DNA of 64,000 nt, from the NCBI GenBank assembly GCA_035342335.1, contig DAOQWY010000008.1:21722-85721 (forward strand), in the 5' to 3' direction. This DNA comes from Bacteroidales bacterium. Its GTDB lineage: Bacteria; Bacteroidota; Bacteroidia; Bacteroidales; JAGONC01. This document shows, piece after piece, positions 19,284-29,349 of this stretch; the first letter of the stretch is position 1; each line of letters starts with the position of its first letter. A program made the position numbers and the translations under genes. Below the pieces are notes generated by a model. That model worked only from the letters and a program-made list of their open reading frames with translations. It ran no database searches and had not been told where the DNA came from.

Positions 19284-21896
19284 TTGTTTGAATCTTACGA
19301 CGCCGTGGAGTACAATCAAGCGATCAAATCAGGCAAAGAACCCAAAAAACAGAATGCCCTCGAGATCCTGGTTACGATCGCATTGTTTTTGGTTTTTCTT
19401 CTGGTTATTGCCACCGGGGTGCTTTCGTACATCCGACTTGACCAGATCATCCAAACCGTGAATTCCGCCATCAGACCCGACCAGCAGCTGATCCTGGTCA
19501 AGGAGATTTACAACGACCTGTCTGAAGCAGAAAACAGCGTTAAATCGTATTCCCTCACACGGAATAAAGAAGAATTGGACCGGTTTTATAACCTCGTGAA
19601 TACTACCGGAGAACGTTTTGATGAGCTCAAGCAGATGTGTGGCCGTGACGATCCCTCGTCTTCTCTGGTCATCACCCTGGACAGTCTGGTGGAAGAAAAA
19701 TTCATGGTTCTTGACCGGTTGCTTGCCATCCAGGATGAATTCAGGGTTCAGCAGGCCATGAACCAAGTGATGGACCGGATCCAAAAAGAAAAGATGCCGG
19801 AACTCCCTCCCGTTTCGGATACGGTCGTGGTGAGTGATACCACGAAAAAGGGCAGTTTTTTCTCGCGTATCTTTCGGCGAAAACAGTTGAAGGATCAGAT
19901 CCAGCCGGATACGGTCCTCATCACGACGACCCAACCCCCTGAAGTTTCCTTTGAAGAGATCAGTGAGCAGGTGAAGGTTGTCCGGCAGGAGGCTCTGGTC
20001 AGGGAAAAAAAGCTCCGGCAGGAGGAGTGGAACCTTATGCAACAGGACAGGGATGTCATGGACCGGATCCGTCAGGTCCTTGCACAAATGGAAACCGCTG
20101 AAAAGGACAGACTGGCGGAACGGACTGCGGATACCGAAAAAAAGGCCGGTGAGGTCAAGCAGATCATTTTTGCTTTCGGGATTTCGGCTTCCTTGTTGCT
20201 TCTGATGGCAGGCCTGGTGATCTTTCGCTATGTCAGGAAGAACAACCTGTACCAGAAGGCACTCCAAAGGGCCAGGGATGAAGCAGAAGATTTGTCGCGG
20301 ACAAAGGAACGATTTTATGCCAATATGAGCCACGAGATCCGGACGCCCATGAACATTATTTCAGGTTTTGTTGGTCAGCTCCTGAAAAGCAGGCTGGAAA
20401 AGGATCAGCACGAGCAGCTTGTGATGGTGAAAAAGTCATCCGACCATCTGCTGGGCGTCCTGAACGATCTGCTTGACCTGTCGAAGCTTCAGGCAGGTAA
20501 GCTTGGGCTGGTGCAGGAACCCTTCAGCATCCGCGAGGTCATTGATGACATGAAACGGTGGTTTGAGCCGGTTGCCATTGAAAAAAACATACAGCTGAAT
20601 GCCTGGGTCGGGCCTGGCGTTCCTCAGCTGGTGACCGGTGATCCGGTTCGGCTGCGGCAGATCCTGTTCAACCTGACCGGAAATGCATTCAAGTTCACTG
20701 AAAAAGGCGAGGTTTCCATTAAAGCCTTTCCAAGGGAGATCACCGATGATAAAGTGCTTGTCGTTTTTGAAGTGAACGATACAGGCATTGGCATCAATCC
20801 CGGGGATATCAAAAAGATTTTTGATGAGTTTGAGCAGGGGAGTGGGCAAAAAAGGCAGAATTCGGGAGGGACCGGTCTGGGGCTGGCGATCACACGGAAA
20901 CTGATCGAGTTACACGGGGGCAGCCTGAAAGTCGAAAGTGAGCCCGGGACAGGATCCAGCTTCAGCGCCAGCATTCCTTACAGGAAAGCAAAAGGAGAGG
21001 TGATTAACAAGGAAACAGTGGATACTGAGGGCAGAGAGCACCTTAACGATCTCAAGGTCCTGGTGGTGGACGATGAAGAATACAATTTAAAGTTGCTGAA
21101 GGTCATCCTGGAGCGGTATGGATGCAAAACGATGGAAGCCAGGAGCGGCGAGGATGCACTGCAGCGGGTTGAACAGCAGGCTGTTGACCTCATTTTGATG
21201 GATCTGCACCTCCCCGGGATGAGCGGTGACAAAACAGCCCTTGAGATCCATAGCCTGACAGCAAAGAAGGGTACCGCCATCCCCATCATCCTTATAAGCG
21301 CAGCAGTCACTTCCGACAGCAGGGATGCATATAGGCAGATGGGGATTGAGGACTGCATTCCCAAACCCTTCGAGGAGGATCAGCTGATCCGGTCCATTCA
21401 AAAGGCCATCTCGCGCCATCCGAAACCGAAGATCACGGAAGCTGCTCCCGAAATAATGCAAGTCCTGCAGGATGCACCTGTCCATAAGGAACGACCGGCT
21501 CAAGACATCGTGAAGGAGGAGCTACCGGTTCGTGGCCTTACCAAAGATGGGCAGCCGGTTTATGACCTTGCCTCCTTACGGGAGACAAGTGCGGGAGACC
21601 AGGTTTTCTTCAGGGAGATGGTGCAGCTTTTCATTTCGGATACGGACCGGGGTCTGGAAGAGATCACGGATTGCCTGGCACGGCAGGAGTGGACACAAGC
21701 TGCCGAAATTATACATAAGATCAGTGCTCCCTGCCGCCATCTCAAAGCGGAAAACCTATACCGTTTGTTAAAAGAGGCGGAAGCGCTCCTGAATGAGCCG
21801 GATAAGTACTGGATGTCGGCTGAAGTGATCCTTCAGGCTGTTGAGGAGTTTGAACTGATCAGGGCTGACCTTGGCGCACCGGATGAATTAAAATGA
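19284..21896 (+). CDS. Hybrid sensor histidine kinase (periplasmic sensor, HisKA, HATPase, REC, HPt)
   Basis: Two TM segments; ANMSHEIRTPM; GDPVRLRQILFNL; DTGIG; GTGLGL; VVDDEE...ILMDLHLP...PKP; HPt IHKIS. Confidence 0.93.
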   Translation: MFESYDAVEYNQAIKSGKEPKKQNALEILVTIALFLVFLLVIATGVLSYIRLDQIIQTVNSAIRPDQQLILVKEIYNDLSEAENSVKSYSLTRNKEELDRFYNLVNTTGERFDELKQMCGRDDPSSSLVITLDSLVEEKFMVLDRLLAIQDEFRVQQAMNQVMDRIQKEKMPELPPVSDTVVVSDTTKKGSFFSRIFRRKQLKDQIQPDTVLITTTQPPEVSFEEISEQVKVVRQEALVREKKLRQEEWNLMQQDRDVMDRIRQVLAQMETAEKDRLAERTADTEKKAGEVKQIIFAFGISASLLLLMAGLVIFRYVRKNNLYQKALQRARDEAEDLSRTKERFYANMSHEIRTPMNIISGFVGQLLKSRLEKDQHEQLVMVKKSSDHLLGVLNDLLDLSKLQAGKLGLVQEPFSIREVIDDMKRWFEPVAIEKNIQLNAWVGPGVPQLVTGDPVRLRQILFNLTGNAFKFTEKGEVSIKAFPREITDDKVLVVFEVNDTGIGINPGDIKKIFDEFEQGSGQKRQNSGGTGLGLAITRKLIELHGGSLKVESEPGTGSSFSASIPYRKAKGEVINKETVDTEGREHLNDLKVLVVDDEEYNLKLLKVILERYGCKTMEARSGEDALQRVEQQAVDLILMDLHLPGMSGDKTALEIHSLTAKKGTAIPIILISAAVTSDSRDAYRQMGIEDCIPKPFEEDQLIRSIQKAISRHPKPKITEAAPEIMQVLQDAPVHKERPAQDIVKEELPVRGLTKDGQPVYDLASLRETSAGDQVFFREMVQLFISDTDRGLEEITDCLARQEWTQAAEIIHKISAPCRHLKAENLYRLLKEAEALLNEPDKYWMSAEVILQAVEEFELIRADLGAPDELK

Positions 21897-23254
21897 GTAA
21901 CGAAAAGACCATGCAGGACGAACAGGTTACAATCTTTGTCGTTGAAGATAACGAATGGTATAACCGGTTACTGGTTCACCATCTGGACATCGATCCCGGG
22001 TATGTGGTTAAAAGTTTTCTCAATGGCAAGGAGTTGCTCGCCCATTTGCACGAACGGCCCGATATCATCACGCTGGATTACCGGTTACCTGACACAAAAG
22101 GGTCTGACCTGTTGAGACAAATCAGGGAGTTTGATGACGGGATCGAAGTGATCATTGTTTCTGAACAGGAAGATGTCCAAACTGCCGTTGATCTGCTTCA
22201 CGAGGGAGCGTTTGATTATCTGGTGAAAAACGAAGAGATTAGGCAGCGGTTGCACAATGCCATCCATAAGATTGAAAAAAGTGCCCGATTAAAGAAGCGG
22301 ATCAGCGTGCTGGAGCAGGAAGTGATCACCAAATATGATTTTGAGAAGGTGGTTGTGGGGAACAGTCCTGCCATGAAGAAGGTGTTACAGCTGATGGGAA
22401 AAGCAGTGGCAAACAACATTACCGTTACCGTTACCGGAGAAACCGGAACCGGAAAAGAAGTGATTGCCAAGGCCATCCATTTTCATTCACCACGAAGGGA
22501 CAAACCATTTGTTGCGGTCAATATGAGTGCCGTACCTTCAGAACTATTTGAGAGTGAATTCTTTGGATTCGAAAAAGGATCGTTCACCGGTGCTACAGTT
22601 CGCCGCATCGGTAAACTGGAAGAGGCACACGGCGGTACCTTATTCCTGGATGAAATTGCCGACACCGATATCAATTTCCAGCCCAAGCTTCTCAGGGCTC
22701 TGCAGGAACGAGAGATCAGCAGGATCGGAAGCAATGAGATCATCAAATTCGATTGTCGCATCATTGTTGCCAGCAACCGCAATCTCCAGAACGAGGTCAA
22801 AAACGGAACATTGCGGCGGGATCTCTATTACCGGTTGTTTGGATTACAAATCGACCTGCCTCCCCTGCGCGAAAGGCAGAACGATGTGCTGATCCTGGCC
22901 CGTCATTTTATGGATGCATATTGCCAGGAGAACCACCTTTCGGGTAAACTCCTGTCGGAGGAGGCGAAAAACCGGATTTTGAGCTACCCCTGGCCGGGTA
23001 ACGTAAGGGAACTGAAATCGGTGATCGAGCTGGCCATCGTCATGAGCTCAGGCGATACATTGACTGCTTCGGACATCATGCTCAGCCACTCGGATCTGAT
23101 GGCGGATATCCTGTCGGATGAAATGACACTTAAAGAATACGAAAAGACCATATTGAAATTCTATCTGAGTAAATATTCTGACAATATCAAACTCGTCGCA
23201 AAAAAACTTGGGATAGGCCAGGCCACCGTTTACCGCATGCTCAAGGAAATGTAA
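21893..23254 (+). CDS. Sigma-54-dependent response regulator (NtrC family)
   Basis: REC domain, GETGTGKE, GSFTGA loop, LFLDEI, WPGNVREL, C-terminal HTH; start overlaps the kinase stop. Confidence 0.95.
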   Translation: MSNEKTMQDEQVTIFVVEDNEWYNRLLVHHLDIDPGYVVKSFLNGKELLAHLHERPDIITLDYRLPDTKGSDLLRQIREFDDGIEVIIVSEQEDVQTAVDLLHEGAFDYLVKNEEIRQRLHNAIHKIEKSARLKKRISVLEQEVITKYDFEKVVVGNSPAMKKVLQLMGKAVANNITVTVTGETGTGKEVIAKAIHFHSPRRDKPFVAVNMSAVPSELFESEFFGFEKGSFTGATVRRIGKLEEAHGGTLFLDEIADTDINFQPKLLRALQEREISRIGSNEIIKFDCRIIVASNRNLQNEVKNGTLRRDLYYRLFGLQIDLPPLRERQNDVLILARHFMDAYCQENHLSGKLLSEEAKNRILSYPWPGNVRELKSVIELAIVMSSGDTLTASDIMLSHSDLMADILSDEMTLKEYEKTILKFYLSKYSDNIKLVAKKLGIGQATVYRMLKEM

Positions 23255-23269
23255 TTCCCACCCGCAGAT

Positions 23270-23382
23270 TATCATTTTGATACTTTCTTTTCGATTTTGA
23301 TTACCCCCATAATTTTAAATTTTCGTAACTAATTGATCATCAGAATATTATGATTAATTTATAAAAATGGCACAGGATTAGC
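23270..23382 (+). promoter_or_regulatory. Sigma-54 promoter with putative activator sites and an IHF-like site
   Basis: TGGCAC-AGGAT-TAGC (GG-N10-GC) at 23368-23382; palindrome TATCA-TTT-TGATA at 23270 with a partial copy 20 bp later; IHF-like TAACTAATTGATCATCAGAATATTA at 23326-23350. Confidence 0.75.
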
Positions 23383-23422
23383 CATTCCGCCGTATTAGTT
23401 TTTAATACCTAAACAGATCGGA

Positions 23423-23740
23423 ATGGAATCTCAGGATAATAAAAAGATCGTGGAGAAAGAAGGGGGATTCCTTGGTATGAACCAAGTCAAGATGCTCAGC
23501 AATGAATTCGTATCCGGGCAGTTCCACAGGATCGATACCCGGGTGGTCACGGAGATCCCTGTGGATGCCAGGCATTGCGAGATCATTACGGATCAGGATC
23601 CTTCGTCCTACCGGCTTGAAGAAAGCCAGGGAAGGGTAGGGTCGATCAGGATCACCGACCCGGAGAGGTTTTTGGGAAAGACCAAATACCTGGTCGTCGT
23701 CGTTCGGGATCAAAACCCCGAACTGGCGGAAGCCAGGTAG
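23423..23740 (+). CDS. Small protein resembling the C-terminal domain of a conserved Bacteroidota coiled-coil lipoprotein (Cbp1-like)
   Basis: IVEKEGGFLG...FHRID...EIPV...SSYRL...IRITDPERF..KYLVVVV pattern; own promoter and terminator. Confidence 0.6.
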   Translation: MESQDNKKIVEKEGGFLGMNQVKMLSNEFVSGQFHRIDTRVVTEIPVDARHCEIITDQDPSSYRLEESQGRVGSIRITDPERFLGKTKYLVVVVRDQNPELAEAR

Positions 23741-23754
23741 TCTATATATCTCCC

Positions 23755-23789
23755 CCGGGTGGCGTTTCCTGCCGCCACCCGGCTTTTTT
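23755..23789 (+). terminator. Rho-independent terminator
   Basis: CCGGGTGGCG/CGCCACCCGG 10-bp stem followed by CTTTTTT. Confidence 0.85.
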
Positions 23790-23825
23790 CTCTACGAAGG
23801 GAAAGGCCCCCCGATTTGTAAAATG

Positions 23826-24425
23826 TCACTGGGCAAGCCTGACGATATCGGCAATGGGCAGTGCGTTGACCAGTCCCGTAACCTCAGCCTCATCAGGTAT
23901 TCCCGTTGTTTTGAATGTCAGCAAAGAACTTCCGAAAGGCATCTGAATGTCGTAGGAAATAAGATCAGTGCTTTCGCTTTTTGTCAGCAAAGCCTTATAG
24001 CTGCCGACTTTGATCCGTTTCTGATTCGGATCGGACGAAAACATGGTGGACATGGTTAAAATGGAATTCACGGATGCCAGTAGGGGAGAATCGCTGATGA
24101 TCTCCAAAGAGGCATCGCGCGACTCATTTTGATAGTCACGGCTCACATACAATCCGGCAAAACCCATGTTGTCACCCGCCACATCATCTGCATCTGTCAA
24201 AGCATTCATTCCCCCGAGGGTGGCAGGCAGCAGTTCAAGTATTTCCTTGCCCAGGGCCTGGTTGACGCCGTTGAGTGACTCCTGAAGCATGAAGCGGGCA
24301 TTCTCCAGATCACCGGAAGCATAGGATGCTGTGGCGGTGTTCAATTGTCCGTTTACATCCTGTGCGCCTGCCTGAATGGCAAGCAACGACAGGATCATCA
24401 AAAAAGAAAATAGTACTGTTCTCAT
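23826..24425 (-). CDS. Exported hypothetical protein (paralog of the upstream gene)
   Basis: Signal peptide; LGKEILELLP, GFAGLYVSRDY, PFGSS. Confidence 0.8.
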   Translation of the reverse strand: MRTVLFSFLMILSLLAIQAGAQDVNGQLNTATASYASGDLENARFMLQESLNGVNQALGKEILELLPATLGGMNALTDADDVAGDNMGFAGLYVSRDYQNESRDASLEIISDSPLLASVNSILTMSTMFSSDPNQKRIKVGSYKALLTKSESTDLISYDIQMPFGSSLLTFKTTGIPDEAEVTGLVNALPIADIVRLAQ

Positions 24426-25198
24426 TGTTCCCCCAGTTGCTTTTTAATGTTCTCAATATCAATGGTCAATGAAGCGTTCATGAATTCATCCTCCGAGCTG
24501 AAATTGACTCCCTCCGTAACCAGTATGGAGGATTGCCCGAATGGGACGCTTAATTTGTATCCGGAGGATGCATCATACTCAATGATCGCTCTGTATTCCT
24601 TAAATTTCGTTTGCTGGATGTTTTCCTGCTGGGCACTTGACGCATAGGCTCCCGATGCCAGGTACATGTTCACTGCCGACAGCATGGCAGCATCATTGCC
24701 AATCGTTACGGAGAACTGCTGATCTCCATCGCGGTAAACCCGGTTTATGACCAGTCCGACAAAGCCAATGCCTGAGCTGGTGACATTATCTTCTTCCGGT
24801 GCGATTGACAGACTGGCGATCTTCTCGGGAAGCCCCTTCAGGATGTTTTTACCGATTTCCAGTTCAATCCCGAGGATGGCCTGACGGATCGAATACTTGG
24901 CGTCGGTATATTTTTGAGATGCAAATGCGGTCTGGGCATCGGTTATGTTCTGTTTCACATCGATCGGTTTGCTGCTCAGTCCGCCTCCCTTTGTATTGGA
25001 AGGACCGCCGGAGCCTGCCGAATTCTTTTCCGTGACCGTTTCGGATTCGTTTGGCTGATCCCCTCCCGGAGCTTTTTTAAGGATCGTTTCCTCCGCTTTT
25101 TTCTTCATTTTTTCCATAAGGTTCTGGGATGAAGCCTGCTGCGTGGTAATACCCACCAGCAATACCACCGCTCCCAGGGTGACAAGAATCTTTTTCAT
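24422..25198 (-). CDS. Exported hypothetical protein
   Basis: Signal peptide; IGKNILKGLP, GFVGLVINRVY, PFGQSS; TATCTTTG promoter motif at 25246-25253. Confidence 0.8.
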   Translation of the reverse strand: MKKILVTLGAVVLLVGITTQQASSQNLMEKMKKKAEETILKKAPGGDQPNESETVTEKNSAGSGGPSNTKGGGLSSKPIDVKQNITDAQTAFASQKYTDAKYSIRQAILGIELEIGKNILKGLPEKIASLSIAPEEDNVTSSGIGFVGLVINRVYRDGDQQFSVTIGNDAAMLSAVNMYLASGAYASSAQQENIQQTKFKEYRAIIEYDASSGYKLSVPFGQSSILVTEGVNFSSEDEFMNASLTIDIENIKKQLGEQ

Positions 25199-25280
25199 CG
25201 TTTCAACTATTAAGAATGAATATTGTTTTTCCTGCTACTTCAGTGCAAAGATACTATTTTTCATCCAGGTGCTGATGATC

Positions 25281-26960
25281 TCAGGCGGATGCGCTTTCGG
25301 CAAACCTGCCGAGGCTGAGGTATTTTTGGTAGATATGCTGGTAAGTTTCGGCAGTAGCCTTGTCCGGATAGTACACTTTATCGAATCCTTTTCCCATGGC
25401 TTTCTGGGCATCTTCCACCTTCTCATAAATGCCGGCTGCAACGGCCGCAAACATGGCAGCGCCGAAGGCACAGGTTTGCTCTGTTGATGCGACCTTGATG
25501 GGCATATTTAGGACATTGGACATGGTTTGCATTACAAAGGGAGATTTTTTAGCCACACCGCCCAGCGCGATGATTTCCTTAATCTGAACTCCCTCCCTGG
25601 TAAACCGTTCAACGATGGATCTGGAACCAAAGGCTGTGGCTTCCACCAGGGCCTTGAATATCCGTGGAGCGTCACTGCCAAGTGTCAGCCCCGTGATGGC
25701 CCCTTTGACCTCCTGGTTGGCATCCGGAGTTCTGCGGCCGTTCATCCAGTCCAGGGCAACGATGGCTGACTCCTCTGCGGGTATCCTGGCAGCTGAAGCA
25801 CTGAGCTTTGGAATGATCTGCTCCAGGATCTCTTCCTTCAGTTTTTCTTTCATTTCAGGTTGGACAAGGGTTGTGTTTGACAGTAGATTTTCGACGGGCC
25901 ATGCCAGAACATTTTTAAACCACGCATAGATGTCCCCGAATCCAGACTGGCCTGCTTCAAGGCCAACATATCCCGGGATCACCGATCCGTCAACCTGTCC
26001 GCAAATGCCGGCAATTAATTTTTCGCCGACATCTTCATAGCGGGCTGTCATGATATCGCAGGTGGAGGTTCCGATGGTCCGGGTCAGGACATTCGGTGTG
26101 GCCTGACCGCCGACAGCTCCCATGTGGCAGTCAAATGCGCCGGTGCCCACGGTAACTTGCGTTGTGAGCCCAAGCCGACAGGCCCATTCCGGTGTGAGGC
26201 ACCCGACCTTCACATCCGATGGATAAGTTTTGCTGAAAAGGTTTTGCCGAATGCGACCCAGATCGGGATCCAGCCTTGAAAAAAAGCTGGCGGGAGGAAG
26301 TCCGTTCCATTCGGGATGCCAGAGTGCTTTATGCCCTGCGGCGCAGCGGCTGCGAATGACTTCTGCCGGTTGCTGGCGGCCACATAACAGCGCGGGCATC
26401 CAGTCGCAGTGTTCGATCCAGGAAACGGCTGCCAGCCTCACACGTTCGTCCTGACGGATCACATGGAGCACCTTCGCCCAAACCCACTCCGATGAGTAGA
26501 CACCCCCGGCATATTTTGTATAATCCACTTCCTGGCTTTTTGCCAGGTGGTTGATCTCTTCTGCTTCCTTGACGGCGGTATGGTCTTTCCAGAGAATGAA
26601 CATGGCATTCGGATTCTCTTCGAATCCCGGGCTCAGGGCAAGGGGAATGCCATCAGCGCAGGTCAGCACCGGTGTGCTGCCTGTCGTATCCATCGATATG
26701 CCAACGACATGTTCAGCAAGTTCGAACGGACAGGCTGCCAGCGCCCCGCGGACCGTGTGTTCCAATGTTTCAATGTAATCCATTGGATGCTGGCGGTACT
26801 GGTTTTTCACCGGATCGCAATATTTCCTTTCGGACCACCTGGGATAATAACTGACTGAGGTGGCCAGTTCCTCGCCTGTATGGGCGTCAACGACCAGCGC
26901 ACGTGCTGAATCGGTTCCGAAATCAATTCCGATCACATAGCTCGGTGTTCTACTGCCCAT
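25281..26960 (-). CDS. araB: Ribulokinase
   Basis: IGIDFGTDSAR, LWKDHTA, YSSEWVWAK, GICGQVDGS, DWMNGRRTP; within the ara cluster. Confidence 0.94.
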   Translation of the reverse strand: MGSRTPSYVIGIDFGTDSARALVVDAHTGEELATSVSYYPRWSERKYCDPVKNQYRQHPMDYIETLEHTVRGALAACPFELAEHVVGISMDTTGSTPVLTCADGIPLALSPGFEENPNAMFILWKDHTAVKEAEEINHLAKSQEVDYTKYAGGVYSSEWVWAKVLHVIRQDERVRLAAVSWIEHCDWMPALLCGRQQPAEVIRSRCAAGHKALWHPEWNGLPPASFFSRLDPDLGRIRQNLFSKTYPSDVKVGCLTPEWACRLGLTTQVTVGTGAFDCHMGAVGGQATPNVLTRTIGTSTCDIMTARYEDVGEKLIAGICGQVDGSVIPGYVGLEAGQSGFGDIYAWFKNVLAWPVENLLSNTTLVQPEMKEKLKEEILEQIIPKLSASAARIPAEESAIVALDWMNGRRTPDANQEVKGAITGLTLGSDAPRIFKALVEATAFGSRSIVERFTREGVQIKEIIALGGVAKKSPFVMQTMSNVLNMPIKVASTEQTCAFGAAMFAAVAAGIYEKVEDAQKAMGKGFDKVYYPDKATAETYQHIYQKYLSLGRFAESASA

Positions 26961-27633
26961 AATACGAATCCTTTCCGTGCTTACGACCGTAATGTTTCGA
27001 GATGAGTGCTTTGTTCATGGCTGACTCCGGGTTGATCATCAGGGTCAAAAGCGCAATGTGTGCCAGCTCTTCAAGTATGACGCTGTGATAGACCGCCTCC
27101 GCCGGATCTTTGCCCCAGGTAAAGGGACCGTGGCTTCTCACCAGGACACCCGGAACCTGCAAATAATTCATTTCACTGAAGGTACGGACGATCAAACGGC
27201 CCGTGTCTTTCTCGTACTCGCCCTCCACCTGCTCCGGAGCCATTACGGCTGTACAGGGAATCGGCTGAGCGAAATGATCGGCATGCGTAGTGCCCAGAAT
27301 GGGAATATTCTTTCCAGCCTGTGCCCACGAAGTGGCATAGGTCGAATGGGTGTGCGCAATTCCTCCTGCTTCAGGAAAAGCCTTATACAACTGAAGATGC
27401 GTGGGTGTGTCGGTGGAGGGTTTATAACGACCTTCCACTACTTTGCCGTCAAGATCCACCACAACCATATCCCTGGCCCTCATATGCTTGTAATCTACAC
27501 CGCTTGGTTTGATGACAACCCATCCTTTTTCCCTGTCAATTCCACTGGCATTGCCAAAGGTGAATAAAACAAGTCCGTGGTTCACAAGGTCAAGATTTGC
27601 GCGATAAACGTTTTCTTTCAGTTCGTTGAGCAT
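26950..27633 (-). CDS. araD: L-ribulose-5-phosphate 4-epimerase
   Basis: IKPSGVDY, PSTDTPTH, HTHS, GTTHADHF, RKHGKDSYYGQ. Confidence 0.95.
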   Translation of the reverse strand: MLNELKENVYRANLDLVNHGLVLFTFGNASGIDREKGWVVIKPSGVDYKHMRARDMVVVDLDGKVVEGRYKPSTDTPTHLQLYKAFPEAGGIAHTHSTYATSWAQAGKNIPILGTTHADHFAQPIPCTAVMAPEQVEGEYEKDTGRLIVRTFSEMNYLQVPGVLVRSHGPFTWGKDPAEAVYHSVILEELAHIALLTLMINPESAMNKALISKHYGRKHGKDSYYGQ

Positions 27634-27657
27634 GATGCAGGTGATTCATAACTTATT

Positions 27658-29322
27658 TTACCAGAAATAGACATAAAATGCAACAATGACTCCGATGATG
27701 ATCGCTGTATTCAGGATATCCCATTTGCTGTAGCTGTTTTTTACCTCGGCAAGCTGTTCCGGGGTCACCGAAGCCAGGGTGAGCCCCTTTAAACTGGCAA
27801 AATCTTTTGGCTTTGTAAAGGAGCTGATGATGATCATCAGGACAATAACGATAAAGAACAGGGCGATTTCATAGTGCAACCAGTTGGGAGCCAAAAATAT
27901 CCTGTAGATGATCCCATCGGGATTCATTGTATCGGCAAATAATTTCAACCCGAGTCGTAACATACCCAGGACAAATCCAACGATCAATCCATAGAGGCCT
28001 GCTTTCGGGGTAGTCCTTTTGGATAGGATACCCAGGAGGAACACAGCTGCAATGCCTGGCGCCAGCAGTGATTGAACATCCTGTAAATAGGCGTACAGTA
28101 CCTTTCCCAGGCCTCTCATGATGGGAATCCATAGAATCCCCAGTATCACGACCACTGCCGTGGCAATCTTCCCGACCAGGACATAGTGCCGCTCACTCGC
28201 GTTGGGTTTGTATTTTTTATAAAAATCTATCGTAAAAAGCATGGCAGATGAGTTGAACAGGGAAGCCAGGGAGCTCATCAGGGCAGCCAGCAAGCCACCG
28301 ACCACAACACCTTTGAATCCCATGGGAAGCAGCTCTTTCACCAAAGTGGAGAATGCAGCGTCGTTACTCGAAAGCTGTATCATTCCTTTCTGGTTCATGA
28401 CATAGGCAATCATACCAGGGATCAGGAATATGAAAACGGGGGTTAGTTTCAGGTAGGCGCCGAAAATGGATCCCCTTCTTGCCTGTGTCATATTCCGTGC
28501 TGAGAGGACCCGCTGTACAATATACTGGTCGGTGCACCAGTACCAGAAGCCGATGATGGCGGAACCCAGCAATACCCCGGTCCATGGAAATTCCGCATCG
28601 TGGGGGGAACGTATGAGGTTTGCCATGCTGTCGCCATAATCATTTACCGGAGCGGCCCTCACGACTTCCATCATCTCAGACCATCCCCCGATTTTATTCA
28701 AACCAATGACCAGTACCAGTATGGAACCCAGTAACAGCACAGGCGTTTGCAGCACAGAGGTATAGAGTACGGCTTTCATCCCTCCCAGGGTCGTATAAAG
28801 GCCGGTCAGGGCGACAAGGCCCACTGCGCTTACCCAGAAGAAATCGATTTCCTGTCCGAACAGCCGGATGGCTTCGATCCCAAAAACATCCTTGAACACA
28901 ACCCCTCCGGCATAGACCGTGACTGCGACTTTTGTCAGTACGTAGCTGACCAGGGAGATTACGGACAAGAATGACCGGGATTGGGGATTATATCTTCGCT
29001 CCAGGAATTCAGGCATTGTAAAGACTTTACTCCGGGAATAGAAAGGCACAAACAGCCATCCCAGCATCAGGATGAGCCATCCGTGCATTTCCCAGTGAGC
29101 CATCGCCATTCCGCTTTCTGCACCCGCGCCTGCCAATCCGACCAGGTGTTCCGATCCGATGTTCGATGCAAAGATTGACGCACCGATTGCCAGCCAGGTG
29201 GCATCACGTCCGGCCAGAAAATAATCGGAGGTATCTTTGTCTTTCTTCAACAGTACCCAGGCAATGATCCCTGCCAGGGCAGCAATAAAGGAACACAAGA
29301 CAATCCAATCCAGTGTCGTCAT
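27658..29322 (-). CDS. Sodium:solute symporter (SGLT-like, probably arabinose uptake)
   Basis: YFLAGR, ASNIGSEHLVGLAG, WYWCTDQYIVQR, LAALMSSL; between araA and araD. Confidence 0.92.
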   Translation of the reverse strand: MTTLDWIVLCSFIAALAGIIAWVLLKKDKDTSDYFLAGRDATWLAIGASIFASNIGSEHLVGLAGAGAESGMAMAHWEMHGWLILMLGWLFVPFYSRSKVFTMPEFLERRYNPQSRSFLSVISLVSYVLTKVAVTVYAGGVVFKDVFGIEAIRLFGQEIDFFWVSAVGLVALTGLYTTLGGMKAVLYTSVLQTPVLLLGSILVLVIGLNKIGGWSEMMEVVRAAPVNDYGDSMANLIRSPHDAEFPWTGVLLGSAIIGFWYWCTDQYIVQRVLSARNMTQARRGSIFGAYLKLTPVFIFLIPGMIAYVMNQKGMIQLSSNDAAFSTLVKELLPMGFKGVVVGGLLAALMSSLASLFNSSAMLFTIDFYKKYKPNASERHYVLVGKIATAVVVILGILWIPIMRGLGKVLYAYLQDVQSLLAPGIAAVFLLGILSKRTTPKAGLYGLIVGFVLGMLRLGLKLFADTMNPDGIIYRIFLAPNWLHYEIALFFIVIVLMIIISSFTKPKDFASLKGLTLASVTPEQLAEVKNSYSKWDILNTAIIIGVIVAFYVYFW

Positions 29323-29349
29323 GTTCGGTAGATTTTGATCATTTGAGCA

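Noticed and set aside
19329..20333. 334-aa antisense ORF and other long shadow ORFs (e.g. 52746-53405, 54003-54584, 46120-46680)
   Set aside because: They lie fully antisense to well-supported genes and show no recognisable motifs.
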